NCBI GenBank assembly: GCA_965213705.1
Contig: OZ243913.1
Coordinates: 128,001 to 192,000, forward strand
From: Trueperaceae bacterium
GTDB taxonomy: Bacteria; Deinococcota; Deinococci; Deinococcales; Trueperaceae
DNA: 64,000 bases
Direction: 5' to 3'
The notes beneath the pieces are model-generated. The model was given only the letters and a program-made list of their open reading frames with translations. It had not been told where the DNA came from and did not search any database. Shown here piece after piece: positions 48,738-58,440 of the stretch. The position numbers and the translations under genes are program-made. Position 1 is the first letter of the stretch; each line of letters opens with the position of its first letter.

Positions 48738-48838
48738 AAAGTACCGAGGACCGAGTTGAAAGTACCGAGTGAAAGGCAAAAGCTTTTGACCTTAGTCTTC
48801 TCTCTTTCTACTCGGTACTCAGGACTCGGTCCTTTTTG
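48738..48838. repeat. Inverted heptamer-repeat element inserted between mrpE and mrpF
   Basis: GTACCGA/GGACCGA left arm, AAAAGCTTTTGACCTT core, ACTCGGT right arm. Confidence 0.75.
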
Positions 48839-48849
48839 CCCCGTCCGCC

Positions 48850-49317
48850 TCACCTCATAAACCCCAGAATAAGCGTCTCGATGCGGGTGATGTTGGCGTG
48901 AGCTTTGCCCAGTTCAGCCTCGCCGATGGCGTGGGCGTAAAGGACCGACTTGTCCGCCGACACGCCCATCGCGACCGTACCCGGCAGCAGCGTGATGGTC
49001 GCGGCGAGAAGCGAAATCGCGCCGTCGCTCTGCAGGCGCAGCGGCACCGCGAGCACGTGCGGGTGAAAGGCGGGCCGCGGCAACAGGGTCAACTTGGTAA
49101 CCGCGAAACTCGCCACGACCAGTTCAACCAAAAAGCGGTAGACGAAAAACACCAGCGCCCCGAGCCGCTTCGGGAACGAGCGCTCCCGGTCGCGCTGCAC
49201 GATGCTGAGGAGGAACAAGCCGAGCAGCGCCCCCACGACGAGGTTGTACCCCGACAACTCGCCGAAAAACAGCGACCAAACGAGGGAAAAACCCAAAATA
49301 GCGAGGATGTCGACCAT
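48850..49317 (-). CDS. mrpE: Mrp antiporter subunit E
   Basis: ITLLPGT, LYAHA. Confidence 0.9.
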   Translation of the reverse strand: MVDILAILGFSLVWSLFFGELSGYNLVVGALLGLFLLSIVQRDRERSFPKRLGALVFFVYRFLVELVVASFAVTKLTLLPRPAFHPHVLAVPLRLQSDGAISLLAATITLLPGTVAMGVSADKSVLYAHAIGEAELGKAHANITRIETLILGFMR

Positions 49318-50879
49318 CAGCGACCTTCGTCCCCAATACCTTCATTCTGGACGGGTGGGGAGGTCGAATCGGCGGGTGGCGTGAGGACGGCGGTAACATA
49401 TGCGCCGTTGGTCTCCAACTGGAGAGCCGTTTTTTCAGCCGCGCCGAACACGGGGCCGCTGAAAACGGCCAAGCCCGCGACCAAGAGGACGGCGGTGAGC
49501 GTTACCAGCCTCATCCCGGCGGGCAACTCGACGTGGTGGACGGCGTCGGATTCGCCCCAAAAAAAGCCGCGCCAGATTTGCATGGCAGCGTAGAGCAGCA
49601 GCAACCCTGCCAGCACCGCGCTGGTTGCCACCGAAATGTTGAGCGCGCTCGGCGCGCTCAAGAGCGCGGTAAGGAGCGCGTACTTGCCGATAAACCCGCT
49701 TGTCGGCGGCAGACCGGCCAACGCCAGCGCACCTATAAAAAAGCCGACGCCCAGGTAAGGGTAGCTGCTGAGGTGGCCGCTCGAGCGGTAACGCTCCCCG
49801 CCGACTTTTTCGGCGAGCGCGGCGATGAGAAAGAGCATAAAAATGAGCAGCACCGAGTGGACGAGGTAGTAAAGCGCCGCGCTCAAACCCGCCGCCGTGC
49901 CGATAAACGCGCCCATCACCAGGTAACCGACCGAAGAGACGTTGGCAAACGCAAGCGCGTGCCGCCAGCGCTGCCGCGCAATCATGCCGAACGCGCCGAC
50001 GAGAATCGTCACCCCGGCCAGCACGAGCAAGACAAGCTGCAGCCCCCGCTCTTGCGGAAACAGCAGCGTAAAGCTGCGAATCAAGGTGTACACGCCCACC
50101 TTGGTGAGCAGTGACGCAAAAAACGCGCTCACCGCCGCCGTGGGCACCGGATAGGCGTTCGGCAACCAAAAACCGAGCGGAAACAGCGCCGACTTGGTCG
50201 CGAAGACCAGTGCCAGCAACGCCGCGACGAGCGTCACGCGCGCGTCCGGCCCGTGCGCCGCGACGCGCACCGAAATGTCCGCCATGTTGAGCGTGCCGAA
50301 CAACCCGTAAGCGAAGCCCGCCGCCACCACGAACACCGCCGAGGCGACCAGGTTGATGACGACATATTTGAAACCCTCGCGCAGTTGCGGCAACTCGTTG
50401 CCCAAGAGCAGCAACCCGTAGGACGAAATCAGCATCACCTCGAACGCGACGAACAAGTTGAACAGGTCGCCCGTCAAAAACGACATGTTGACGCCCATAA
50501 ACAAAAATTGCAGCAGCGCCTGGGCGCCCAGGCGCTCGCGCAGCTGGTTGAGCGTCGCCGACTGGCCCCGGCGCGGCGCGTGTTGCAGCGACGAGCCCGC
50601 GAACAGCACAGTGAGCAGTCCGACCAGTCCGCTCAAACCCAACATCGTCCCGGTAAGCCGGTCGGCGACGAGGCTGATGCCCCAGGGCGCGGCCCACTGC
50701 GCCATCTGCACGACCAAAACCTCACCTTGCAGGGTGCGTTCCAGAATAAAAACGTCGGCGAGCAGGGTGAGCGTCGCGGCGACGGTCGCCACAACGGTGC
50801 GCGCTCCGGGACGCCCCACCAACAACAATACCGACCCCGCTAAAAGCGGCAGTAACACCGGCAAGGCGAGAAGGTTCAC
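49317..50879 (-). CDS. mrpD: Mrp antiporter subunit D
   Basis: LTGDLFNLFVAFEVML, KSALFPL.FWLP.AY, TKVGVY. Confidence 0.95.
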   Translation of the reverse strand: MNLLALPVLLPLLAGSVLLLVGRPGARTVVATVAATLTLLADVFILERTLQGEVLVVQMAQWAAPWGISLVADRLTGTMLGLSGLVGLLTVLFAGSSLQHAPRRGQSATLNQLRERLGAQALLQFLFMGVNMSFLTGDLFNLFVAFEVMLISSYGLLLLGNELPQLREGFKYVVINLVASAVFVVAAGFAYGLFGTLNMADISVRVAAHGPDARVTLVAALLALVFATKSALFPLGFWLPNAYPVPTAAVSAFFASLLTKVGVYTLIRSFTLLFPQERGLQLVLLVLAGVTILVGAFGMIARQRWRHALAFANVSSVGYLVMGAFIGTAAGLSAALYYLVHSVLLIFMLFLIAALAEKVGGERYRSSGHLSSYPYLGVGFFIGALALAGLPPTSGFIGKYALLTALLSAPSALNISVATSAVLAGLLLLYAAMQIWRGFFWGESDAVHHVELPAGMRLVTLTAVLLVAGLAVFSGPVFGAAEKTALQLETNGAYVTAVLTPPADSTSPPVQNEGIGDEGR

Positions 50880-51295
50880 GCCCCACCCCGGCCCTTTGGA
50901 CCGACTTCCGGCGAAACGCTCGGGTGTTCACTGTCGGCGTAGCGCTCGGACAGTTCGGGCGGGTCGGGTTGTTCGGTCAAGTCCTGCACCTGGTCGGTGC
51001 CGGTCGCCTGGTAAGCGCGCATCGACAGCACCAACAGCAGCGCCGTCGTGCCGAAGCCGATGACGATGGCGGTCAGGATGAGCGCTTGCGGCAGCGGGTC
51101 GACGTAGGGTCCGGCGACGTTCAGCAGCGGCGGCGCGGCTTGACGAGTCCCGGCCCCGGCCAGCAAAATGCTGACGTTGACGCCGTAGGAAATGAGTGAC
51201 AAACCCAAAATCACGCGGATGAGCGCTTTTGAAAGCACCATGAATACCCCGGCACCGACCAACAGTGCGGCCAGCAGCGGCAGCGCGAGTTCCAT
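50876..51295 (-). CDS. mrpC: Mrp antiporter subunit C
   Basis: DPLPQALILTAIVIGF. Confidence 0.95.
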   Translation of the reverse strand: MELALPLLAALLVGAGVFMVLSKALIRVILGLSLISYGVNVSILLAGAGTRQAAPPLLNVAGPYVDPLPQALILTAIVIGFGTTALLLVLSMRAYQATGTDQVQDLTEQPDPPELSERYADSEHPSVSPEVGPKGRGGA

Positions 51296-51747
51296 CAGGC
51301 CTGCTCCGCGGGTTCGGTGTCCAGCGGTGTGGGCTCGTCGCGCGTCTCAGCGAGCAGGTTGATGATGGTCAAGGTCGTGCCGATGACGACCAGGAACACG
51401 CCCAAGTCGAACAGGGCCGCCGTCGCCCACTCCAGCTCGCCCGCCCACGGCAACTCCACGTAGCCGTAGGCACTTGTCAAAAAAGGGCGGCCGAAAAGCA
51501 GCGGCGCCGCGCCGGTCGCAAAAGCGATAAGCAGCCCAATCGGCACGAGTTTTTCCGGGGCCAGCGCGAGCAGCCGCCGCTCCTGCGCGATGCGCATGAG
51601 CAAAGCCGACACCGCCACGATTAGACCTGCGATAAAGCCGCCGCCCGGCGCGTTGTGACCGCGCAAAAAGAAGTGAAACCCGATGGCGATGAGGACGAAA
51701 ACTATCGGCGTGGCAAAAGTGCGCAGGATAACTTCCGGAAACTTCAC
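51295..51747 (-). CDS. mrpB: Mrp antiporter subunit B
   Basis: LRGHNAPGGGFIAGL, FDLGVFLVV; GTG 51747 overlaps the mrpA stop. Confidence 0.93.
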   Translation of the reverse strand: MKFPEVILRTFATPIVFVLIAIGFHFFLRGHNAPGGGFIAGLIVAVSALLMRIAQERRLLALAPEKLVPIGLLIAFATGAAPLLFGRPFLTSAYGYVELPWAGELEWATAALFDLGVFLVVIGTTLTIINLLAETRDEPTPLDTEPAEQA

Positions 51748-54101
51748 GCTTCGACCTCGTCTGCGGGTAGGGTAGTTTCTTGGACGGGTTCGGTTGAGGT
51801 CGGCCTGGGTCGCGCCGACGCCCGGCCCGACGCCGTTTTCAGCAGCGCGTACACGCTTACCGCCACAACCCCCAAGACCGTAATCTCCCCCATCGTGTCG
51901 TAGCCGCGAAAGTCTACCAAGATGACGTTGACGACGTTGTATCCGCCACCGAGCGTTTTGCTGTACTCGAGAAAAAAACCTTGAATGCGTTCGGCGATGG
52001 GCGTTTGCACCGCAACCAGCGTGGTGAACACGGTCGCCGTCACGCCTGTTGCGAGCAAGATGTCCACGGCGGCCGCGCCCTGCCCCCTCGAGTACCGCTT
52101 CATCGGCGGCAAAAAGCGGAACACCGACAAGAACAAAATCACCGTGACCGTCTCGATTAAGAGTTGGGTCAGCGCCAGGTCGGGCGCGCTGAGCAGCACG
52201 AACAGCACCGTCGAGCCGATACCCGCCAGCCCCGAAAAGATGATGGCGCTTAAGCGCGAGCGCGCCCGCAACACCCCGACCACGGCGGCGACAATCGCCA
52301 AAATCACCACCCAAAACGCCAGCGGCACCGGCGTCAGCGCGCTCGGCACGTAGCGCCACAGTGCGGACGCCCCCGTCAGCACGACGGCCGCGAAAACCAG
52401 CCGCAGGTGAGTGGCGAAGGGTGCGCCCTGGGTGAGACGGGTGAAGTAACTAGAGAACCGCTCCAGGGCGTCGACAAACGCGTAATACACCGTGTTGCTG
52501 CTCCAACCCGGCGTGACGGCCTTTTGCGCGCGGTAAAACAGGTCGCGCGACAGGTGCAGCCCTGCGCCCGCAAACCAGGTGAACACGCTCAGCGCCAGCG
52601 CCAGCGAAGCGCCGTGCCAGGCGTAGAGCTTTTCAGGCTCGAAACCGAGGGCAGGCGCGGCGAGGTTGGTGAACCAGGTCGCCACGGTGGCACTTGTCAA
52701 GGGATTGCCGGTCAACCCCAGCGGCAGCACGCCGAACAAAACCGTCGCGACGCTCAGCGGCGCGGCGGGCAGCCAAAAGCGCAGCGGCGCTTCGTGAACC
52801 CGCGGGTTGTCGCAGCGGAAAGGCCCGAAGAAGACTTTTAAGAAGCGCAAACTGTAGGCGAACGTCATGATGCTCCCGGCCACGGCGATGGCGATGGGCA
52901 AAACGCCTTCGTGGAGCATGTGTTCGTAAAAAAGTTCTTTCGAGATAAACCCGCCGAAGATAGGCAACCCCGCCATACTGAGCGCGGCGGGCAGGGCGAG
53001 CAAAAAGGTGAGGGGCAGTTTGCGCCGCAGCCCCGACAGGGTGCGAATGTCACGACTTTTCGTCTCGTGGTCGATGATGCCCACCACCATAAACAGCGCC
53101 GCCTTGAACACCGCGTGGTTGACGAGGTGCGCCGTCGCCGCAAAGCTGTCGCCCGCGCCGTAAAGCGCCATCAAAATTCCGAGTTGCGACACGGTCGAAT
53201 AAGCCAGGAGCGCTTTCAGGTCGTTTTGCCGCAACGCCAAGTACGAACCCCAGAACATCGTCGCCAAACCGACGTACATGATAAAGGGGGCGAAAGCCGT
53301 GCCCGCGAACACGAAACCCAGTTTGGCAATCAGCACGACCCCGGCCTTGACCATCGTCGCCGAGTGCAAGTAGGCCGAAACGGGCGTGGGCGCTTCCATC
53401 GCGGTCGGCAGCCACAGGTGGAAAGGGAGTTGCGCCGACTTGGTAAACGCGGCGATGACGAAAAAAACCACCATAGGGACGAACAGGGGGCTGGCGCGCA
53501 GCGCCGCCCCGTCGAGTTCGGAAAGTAAAAAACTGCCTCCTGCCAGACCCGCCAGGATCGTCGCGACCAACAGCGCCAGGCCGCCCAAAGCGGTAATGAC
53601 GAGCGCCTTCAACGCCCCGTCAACCGACGCGCGGCGACCGTCCCAAAAACCGATGAGGAGAAAACTCACCACGGACGTCAGTTCCCAAAACGCGAACAGC
53701 GCGACGAGGTTGTCCGCCAACACGAAACCCAACATCGAGCCGCCGAACAAAAGCAGGTAGCTGTAAAAGCGCCCGTGCCGCTCCCGCGGCCCCAGATAAG
53801 CGGCGGCGTAGAGCAAAATCAGCACGCCTATGCCCGCCACGAGCAGCGCAAACAGCAGCGAAAACCCGTCGGCGCGCAGGGTGATGGAAAGGTTGACGGT
53901 CGGGACCCAAGCCAGGTCGGCGGTGAGGGGTTGGCCCGCTCGAGCCGCCCCGGCTTCACTTAGCAGCCCCAAAGCGGGCACGAAAGCCAAAATCAACAAG
54001 TAACCCGCCGCCGCCCTGAACACGCGGCCCAGCAGGGGCGCAAGGACAGCGCCGGCGAAAGGTGTAAACACGGCCCACAGCAACAATGAACTCACACGCA
54101 C
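51744..54101 (-). CDS. mrpA: Mrp antiporter subunit A
   Basis: FTKSAQLPFHLWLP.AMEAPTPVSAYLHSATMVKAG, NVVNVILVDFRGYDT.GE. Confidence 0.95.
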   Translation of the reverse strand: MRVSSLLLWAVFTPFAGAVLAPLLGRVFRAAAGYLLILAFVPALGLLSEAGAARAGQPLTADLAWVPTVNLSITLRADGFSLLFALLVAGIGVLILLYAAAYLGPRERHGRFYSYLLLFGGSMLGFVLADNLVALFAFWELTSVVSFLLIGFWDGRRASVDGALKALVITALGGLALLVATILAGLAGGSFLLSELDGAALRASPLFVPMVVFFVIAAFTKSAQLPFHLWLPTAMEAPTPVSAYLHSATMVKAGVVLIAKLGFVFAGTAFAPFIMYVGLATMFWGSYLALRQNDLKALLAYSTVSQLGILMALYGAGDSFAATAHLVNHAVFKAALFMVVGIIDHETKSRDIRTLSGLRRKLPLTFLLALPAALSMAGLPIFGGFISKELFYEHMLHEGVLPIAIAVAGSIMTFAYSLRFLKVFFGPFRCDNPRVHEAPLRFWLPAAPLSVATVLFGVLPLGLTGNPLTSATVATWFTNLAAPALGFEPEKLYAWHGASLALALSVFTWFAGAGLHLSRDLFYRAQKAVTPGWSSNTVYYAFVDALERFSSYFTRLTQGAPFATHLRLVFAAVVLTGASALWRYVPSALTPVPLAFWVVILAIVAAVVGVLRARSRLSAIIFSGLAGIGSTVLFVLLSAPDLALTQLLIETVTVILFLSVFRFLPPMKRYSRGQGAAAVDILLATGVTATVFTTLVAVQTPIAERIQGFFLEYSKTLGGGYNVVNVILVDFRGYDTMGEITVLGVVAVSVYALLKTASGRASARPRPTSTEPVQETTLPADEVEA

Positions 54102-54302
54102 CCCTGCAAGCGGCTACTCGGAAGACTCACCCAACCACTTTAACCGATTGCCCCGGGCCGTTGCCCTGGACAACTGTCCGCAATCACAAGAGCCCCGTGT
54201 CCGCAGCTATGAGGAGTCCCGGCGAACGCCTGCCCCGGTTCAACTCTCCTCAGTTCAACGCCCTCGTCCAAACACGCAGGCCCCGAGTAAGCCGTTTCTT
54301 TT

Positions 54303-55304
54303 TTACGGTTCAAAAGCGTCCGCGAGTTTCATCAGGTCCAGGTAGCTCGAGAGCTGTGTGTAGTCCCCGAGCTTGTAGCCGTTTACGAACACCGTCGGCG
54401 TGCCGCCTAAGCCGAGTGTTCCACCCGCGACGTCGTAAGCCGCCTTGACCTCGGCGGCGAAGTCGCGGTTTTCGATACAAGCCTCCGTACCCGCAGTCGC
54501 TAAGCCCACGTCCTGCGCCAAACGCACGAAGTAGTTCGTCGGGTCGCCTAAACCCGACCAGGCCTGCTGGCGCGCGAACAGGGCGTCGTGATAGGTCCAA
54601 AAAGCGTCGGGGTCGTTGGCGGCGGTCACGCACTCGGCGGCTTCTGCGGCGGCGAGGGCGTTGGCGTGGATGCTGGACAGCGGAAAGTGGTGGTACTCGA
54701 AGCGCACGTCGCCCCTGCTGAGCAGTTCGTTCTTGATTAAAGGCAGCGCCTCGGTCGCGAACCGCGCGCAAAACGGACACTGGAAATCCGAAAACTCGCG
54801 GACTATGTACCTCGCGTCGGTGGGGCCGAGCGTGTGGGTCGCGGTGGGAAACTCGGCTGCCGGAACTTCGGGCAGCGACACGGTAAAACGAACCTCGTAG
54901 GGAGCTTCGCCGCTGACGGTAAGCGTCAGCAAATACCGCTGCACCGGCAGGGCGACCTCGCCCCGGCCCGCAAGTTCGCCCGCGCGCTCCTCGAAAAACG
55001 TCTCGAGGGGTTCGGCGACGGCCTCCCCGTAGCCGGTCGCCGCGCCGACGAGGGCGGCGGCGAACGCGCGGTTGGTTTCGCTCAGCGCGCCCGCGCCCGT
55101 CACCGTGTAAACCGCGCCGCCGCGCTCCTGGGTCGAAAACGTAAAACCGTCGAAGGTGTAACCGTCGCCGGTTTGAGCGAGGTTGTAAGGCCCCAAACTG
55201 CGGATGAGGCTTGTCTCGGGTTCGCCGACCTGCGCCCAAGCCGTGGCGAACAGCGCCGCGAGCACCGAAACAACCGTAAAGACCATGACACAACGTACTT
55301 TCAC
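54303..55304 (-). CDS. DsbA-family thioredoxin-fold protein with N-terminal extension
   Basis: Signal peptide, EFSDFQCPFC, GTPT; AGGAG RBS. Confidence 0.88.
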   Translation of the reverse strand: MKVRCVMVFTVVSVLAALFATAWAQVGEPETSLIRSLGPYNLAQTGDGYTFDGFTFSTQERGGAVYTVTGAGALSETNRAFAAALVGAATGYGEAVAEPLETFFEERAGELAGRGEVALPVQRYLLTLTVSGEAPYEVRFTVSLPEVPAAEFPTATHTLGPTDARYIVREFSDFQCPFCARFATEALPLIKNELLSRGDVRFEYHHFPLSSIHANALAAAEAAECVTAANDPDAFWTYHDALFARQQAWSGLGDPTNYFVRLAQDVGLATAGTEACIENRDFAAEVKAAYDVAGGTLGLGGTPTVFVNGYKLGDYTQLSSYLDLMKLADAFEP

Positions 55305-55544
55305 GCAAAACTCCTAACTTCGCTGAAGCCGAGGATGACAGGGTGAGAATGACAGGGCAACGCCTCACCCGTTGAAACTTTGCCCTTCATCTTACCGCGC
55401 TCCGGCTAGAGTTCACGTCCGTTAAAAACTCACCTCAACGCCTCTGTACTTTCTTCTTTGTCCTTTTCGCTGTCCTCACTCTCCCGCTTTCCGAGTGCCC
55501 AAACGCCCGTTACCGCCTGGAGGCGCGTGCTACACTTCGTACTC

Positions 55545-57296
55545 ATGAATGTCGACTTATCCGAGGCCACGCGCATGTTGCTGGCGCGCGAACGCCTCGC
55601 CATCACCGACCTCCAAACCCTGCTGAGCCGCTTGGACGCCTCGCCCGAGGACCTCAAAGACCTCAAAACCGCCGTGCGCGACCTTGAGGGTATTTTTATG
55701 CTGGTGGTGGTCGGCGAGTACAACGCAGGCAAGTCCAGCCTCCTCAACGCACTGTTGGGTCAAAAAGTCATGCTGGAAGGCGTCACCCCGACGACCGACC
55801 GCGTCACGATTGTGACCTACGGCACCGAGCCCAAAAACGTCGAAGAGTCCACCATGATTTTGCGGCGCGAGTATCCAGCCCCTATCCTGCGCGACTTGGC
55901 GTTTGTGGACACGCCCGGCACCAACGCGGTCATCAAAAAACACCAGGAACTCACCGAGGGCTTTGTGCCGCGCGCCGACCTGGTGCTGTTCGTCACCAGC
56001 GCCGACCGGCCCTTTACCGAGTCCGAACGCACGTTTTTGGAACTTATCGGCTCGTGGGGCAAAAAAATCGTCATTGTGGTCAACAAGCTGGACATTTTGG
56101 AAGAGCCCGAGGAACGCGCCAAAGTTTTAGACTTCGTGCTCGAGCAGGCGCGGCTCAACTTGGGCGTGACGCCGCAGGTCTTCGGGGTCGAGGCGCGGCG
56201 CGCGTTTCGCGCCAAACAAGACGGCGACCGGGCTGCCCTGGCTAAAACGGGGCTGCCCGAACTCGAGCGCTACATCGAAGCCACCTTGGCCGCCAGCGAA
56301 CGCCTCAAGCTCAAGCTGTTGAACCCCCTGGGCGTAGCCCTGCACGTCGCCGAGCGCTACCACGGCGTGGTGAAGAGTCGCTTGGGTTTGTTGGAAGACG
56401 ACCGCAAAACCCTGGACGAAGTGGACCGCCAGCTCGCGCAGTACGACCGCGACATGCGCCGCGAGTTCGAGAGCTATTTAACCCGCATCAAGACGGTGCT
56501 CTTAGAAGTCGAGCGGCGCGGCGACATCTTTTTCGACGACGTGGTGAAACTGAGCAACGTCTTCGGACTCATGAACAGCGACCGCGTCCGCCAGGATTTC
56601 GAGGCGCGCGTGGTTCGCGGCGCGGACACCGAAATCGACCTGGCCGTGTCCGAACTCGTCGACTGGTTTATAGGGCGCAACTTGAACCTCTGGGAAGACG
56701 TGATGGTCTTCGTCAACGAGCGTCGCCAGGCGGGCGAGGAGCGCGTCATAGGCGAGGTCGGCGGGCGATTCTCCTACGACCGCGAACAGCTCATCCGCAG
56801 TTTGCGCAAAAGCGCCGAGGAAGTCTTGGAGACCTACGACGACAAAATGGAGGCGCGCCGACTCGCCGACGCGCTCCAGGGCGCGGTCGTGCAGTCGGGC
56901 ATCGTCGGCGTCGGCGGCATCGGCCTGGGCGCGGCGCTCGTCGCGTTTTTGTCCGGCGCGGCGCTCGACATCACCGGCATCACCTTGGGCTTGACGGTCG
57001 CCGGGTTGGGCCTGCTCGTCATCCCGCGCCGCCGCCAGCAGGCCAAAAAAGACCTGCACGTCAAGATGCAAGACCTGCGCGACAACTTAGGAGCCAGCAT
57101 CGGCCGGCAGTTCGAGGGCGAGTTGCGCCGCGCCTCGGAAAAATTGCACGCTTCGATTGCGCCCTACACGCGCTTTGTGCGCAGCGAGTTGGAACGCCTG
57201 GACACCCTGCAGGGTGAGTTGGAGGACGCCGAAGAGAGTCTGCGCACCCTGAAAAAAGACGTGGAAGCGCTCGAAGGCCCGACCGCGGTGGTGTGA
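55545..57296 (+). CDS. Bacterial dynamin-like GTPase
   Basis: GEYNAGKS, PTT, DTPG, NKLD, late hydrophobic hairpin and coiled coil. Confidence 0.88.
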   Translation: MNVDLSEATRMLLARERLAITDLQTLLSRLDASPEDLKDLKTAVRDLEGIFMLVVVGEYNAGKSSLLNALLGQKVMLEGVTPTTDRVTIVTYGTEPKNVEESTMILRREYPAPILRDLAFVDTPGTNAVIKKHQELTEGFVPRADLVLFVTSADRPFTESERTFLELIGSWGKKIVIVVNKLDILEEPEERAKVLDFVLEQARLNLGVTPQVFGVEARRAFRAKQDGDRAALAKTGLPELERYIEATLAASERLKLKLLNPLGVALHVAERYHGVVKSRLGLLEDDRKTLDEVDRQLAQYDRDMRREFESYLTRIKTVLLEVERRGDIFFDDVVKLSNVFGLMNSDRVRQDFEARVVRGADTEIDLAVSELVDWFIGRNLNLWEDVMVFVNERRQAGEERVIGEVGGRFSYDREQLIRSLRKSAEEVLETYDDKMEARRLADALQGAVVQSGIVGVGGIGLGAALVAFLSGAALDITGITLGLTVAGLGLLVIPRRRQQAKKDLHVKMQDLRDNLGASIGRQFEGELRRASEKLHASIAPYTRFVRSELERLDTLQGELEDAEESLRTLKKDVEALEGPTAVV

Positions 57297-57664
57297 CGGG
57301 GTTCTCACCCCGGTAGAGGTTTTCAGGCCTCGAGTCCGACGACGGCGAACCGTTCGAAATCGCGCTGACCGAGGGCTTGCCGTTTCCCTGCCACAGCCGC
57401 TTCGACACGAGCGACGGGGTGACGGAAGTCCGCTTGGTTCAAGCCGAACAGGAATAAAAGCTTCTCAGCAAGTTCTCTGTGAACTGAAGGGGTTTGCCTT
57501 TCGCCTCGGTGTTCTCGTTCGGACTGGTCGCCCCTTTGCTGCCCCACACGCGCCTCGAGCTGACCGGGTTGAAAAGGGGCGGCTCGAGCCCATCCTCTCG
57601 CTCGTCGCACAAACTGCAGAAGATACCGGCTCGAGACACAGTTTACCTTTTGTACACTTTCCTG

Positions 57665-58033
57665 TCAGGCACGCACTCGAGACGCTAGTAGCGAGACCAC
57701 GAACTGGTTCAGGCTGACGCCTTCTTCGGCAGCGCGCTCGGCAAGGTCTCGGTGCAAGCTCTTCGGGGTGCGGACAACGAACTTCCCGCTGTAACCTTCT
57801 GTGCTGCGGGGTTCGGGAATAGGGTTGTCTTCCGCGTAGTTGCCGCGCAACCAAACTTCTCTGGCGTCGTCAATCATCGCCATAGCTTCTTCCAAACTGT
57901 CGCCCTGCGTTATGCAGCCAGGCAAGTCTTTAATGTGCGCGACGAAGCCGCCGTCCTCCGAAGGAACGACGGTAACAGGGTACTTGAGCCCGAGGTAATA
58001 CTCGAGCGGTTGACGAGCTTTGCTTTTAACCAT
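57665..58033 (-). CDS. hicB: HicB family antitoxin
   Basis: DLPGCITQGDSLEEA, YSGKFVVR.P.SLH..LA..A..EGVSLN. Confidence 0.92.
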   Translation of the reverse strand: MVKSKARQPLEYYLGLKYPVTVVPSEDGGFVAHIKDLPGCITQGDSLEEAMAMIDDAREVWLRGNYAEDNPIPEPRSTEGYSGKFVVRTPKSLHRDLAERAAEEGVSLNQFVVSLLASRVRA

Positions 58034-58035
58034 GT

Positions 58036-58272
58036 TCAGGCCTCCAGTTCCAACACGTCAATGATGAGCTTTAGGTATTCACGCTTGACCACTTTGCCGC
58101 CCTGGGTGGCGATGGTCAGAGTCTTGCCTTTCCCGTCGCTGTATAAACGGTGACTCGTACCTACAGTTTTGGTTGTGAAGCCGTAACTTTCCAAAACAAG
58201 CTCAACCTCCGAAAAGCGCATCGTCGTTGGTCTGCGGAGCAATTTTTCAACAAGCTTGTCTTTTTTAGACAC
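58036..58272 (-). CDS. hicA: HicA family toxin
   Basis: Small basic protein with LESYGF and GTSH, upstream of hicB. Confidence 0.88.
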   Translation of the reverse strand: MSKKDKLVEKLLRRPTTMRFSEVELVLESYGFTTKTVGTSHRLYSDGKGKTLTIATQGGKVVKREYLKLIIDVLELEA

Positions 58273-58278
58273 ACGTTA

Positions 58279-58298
58279 TGATACTACGTTCAGTACCA
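58279..58298. promoter_or_regulatory. hicAB operator overlapping the -10 box
   Basis: TGATACT-N6-AGTACCA inverted repeat; TATCAT lies 5 nt before the GTG start. Confidence 0.65.
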
Positions 58299-58440
58299 AA
58301 CATCAGTTGGGACGACAAGGTTGATGAAGCTTAGCGTTTCGATTTCCCGGTGAGTTTCGAATTTACACAACCCTTGACATCATTACCGGTGAAATCTTCG
58401 TCAGCCGAACCCCGACTCGAGTGTGGTACGCTTCCTCTTC

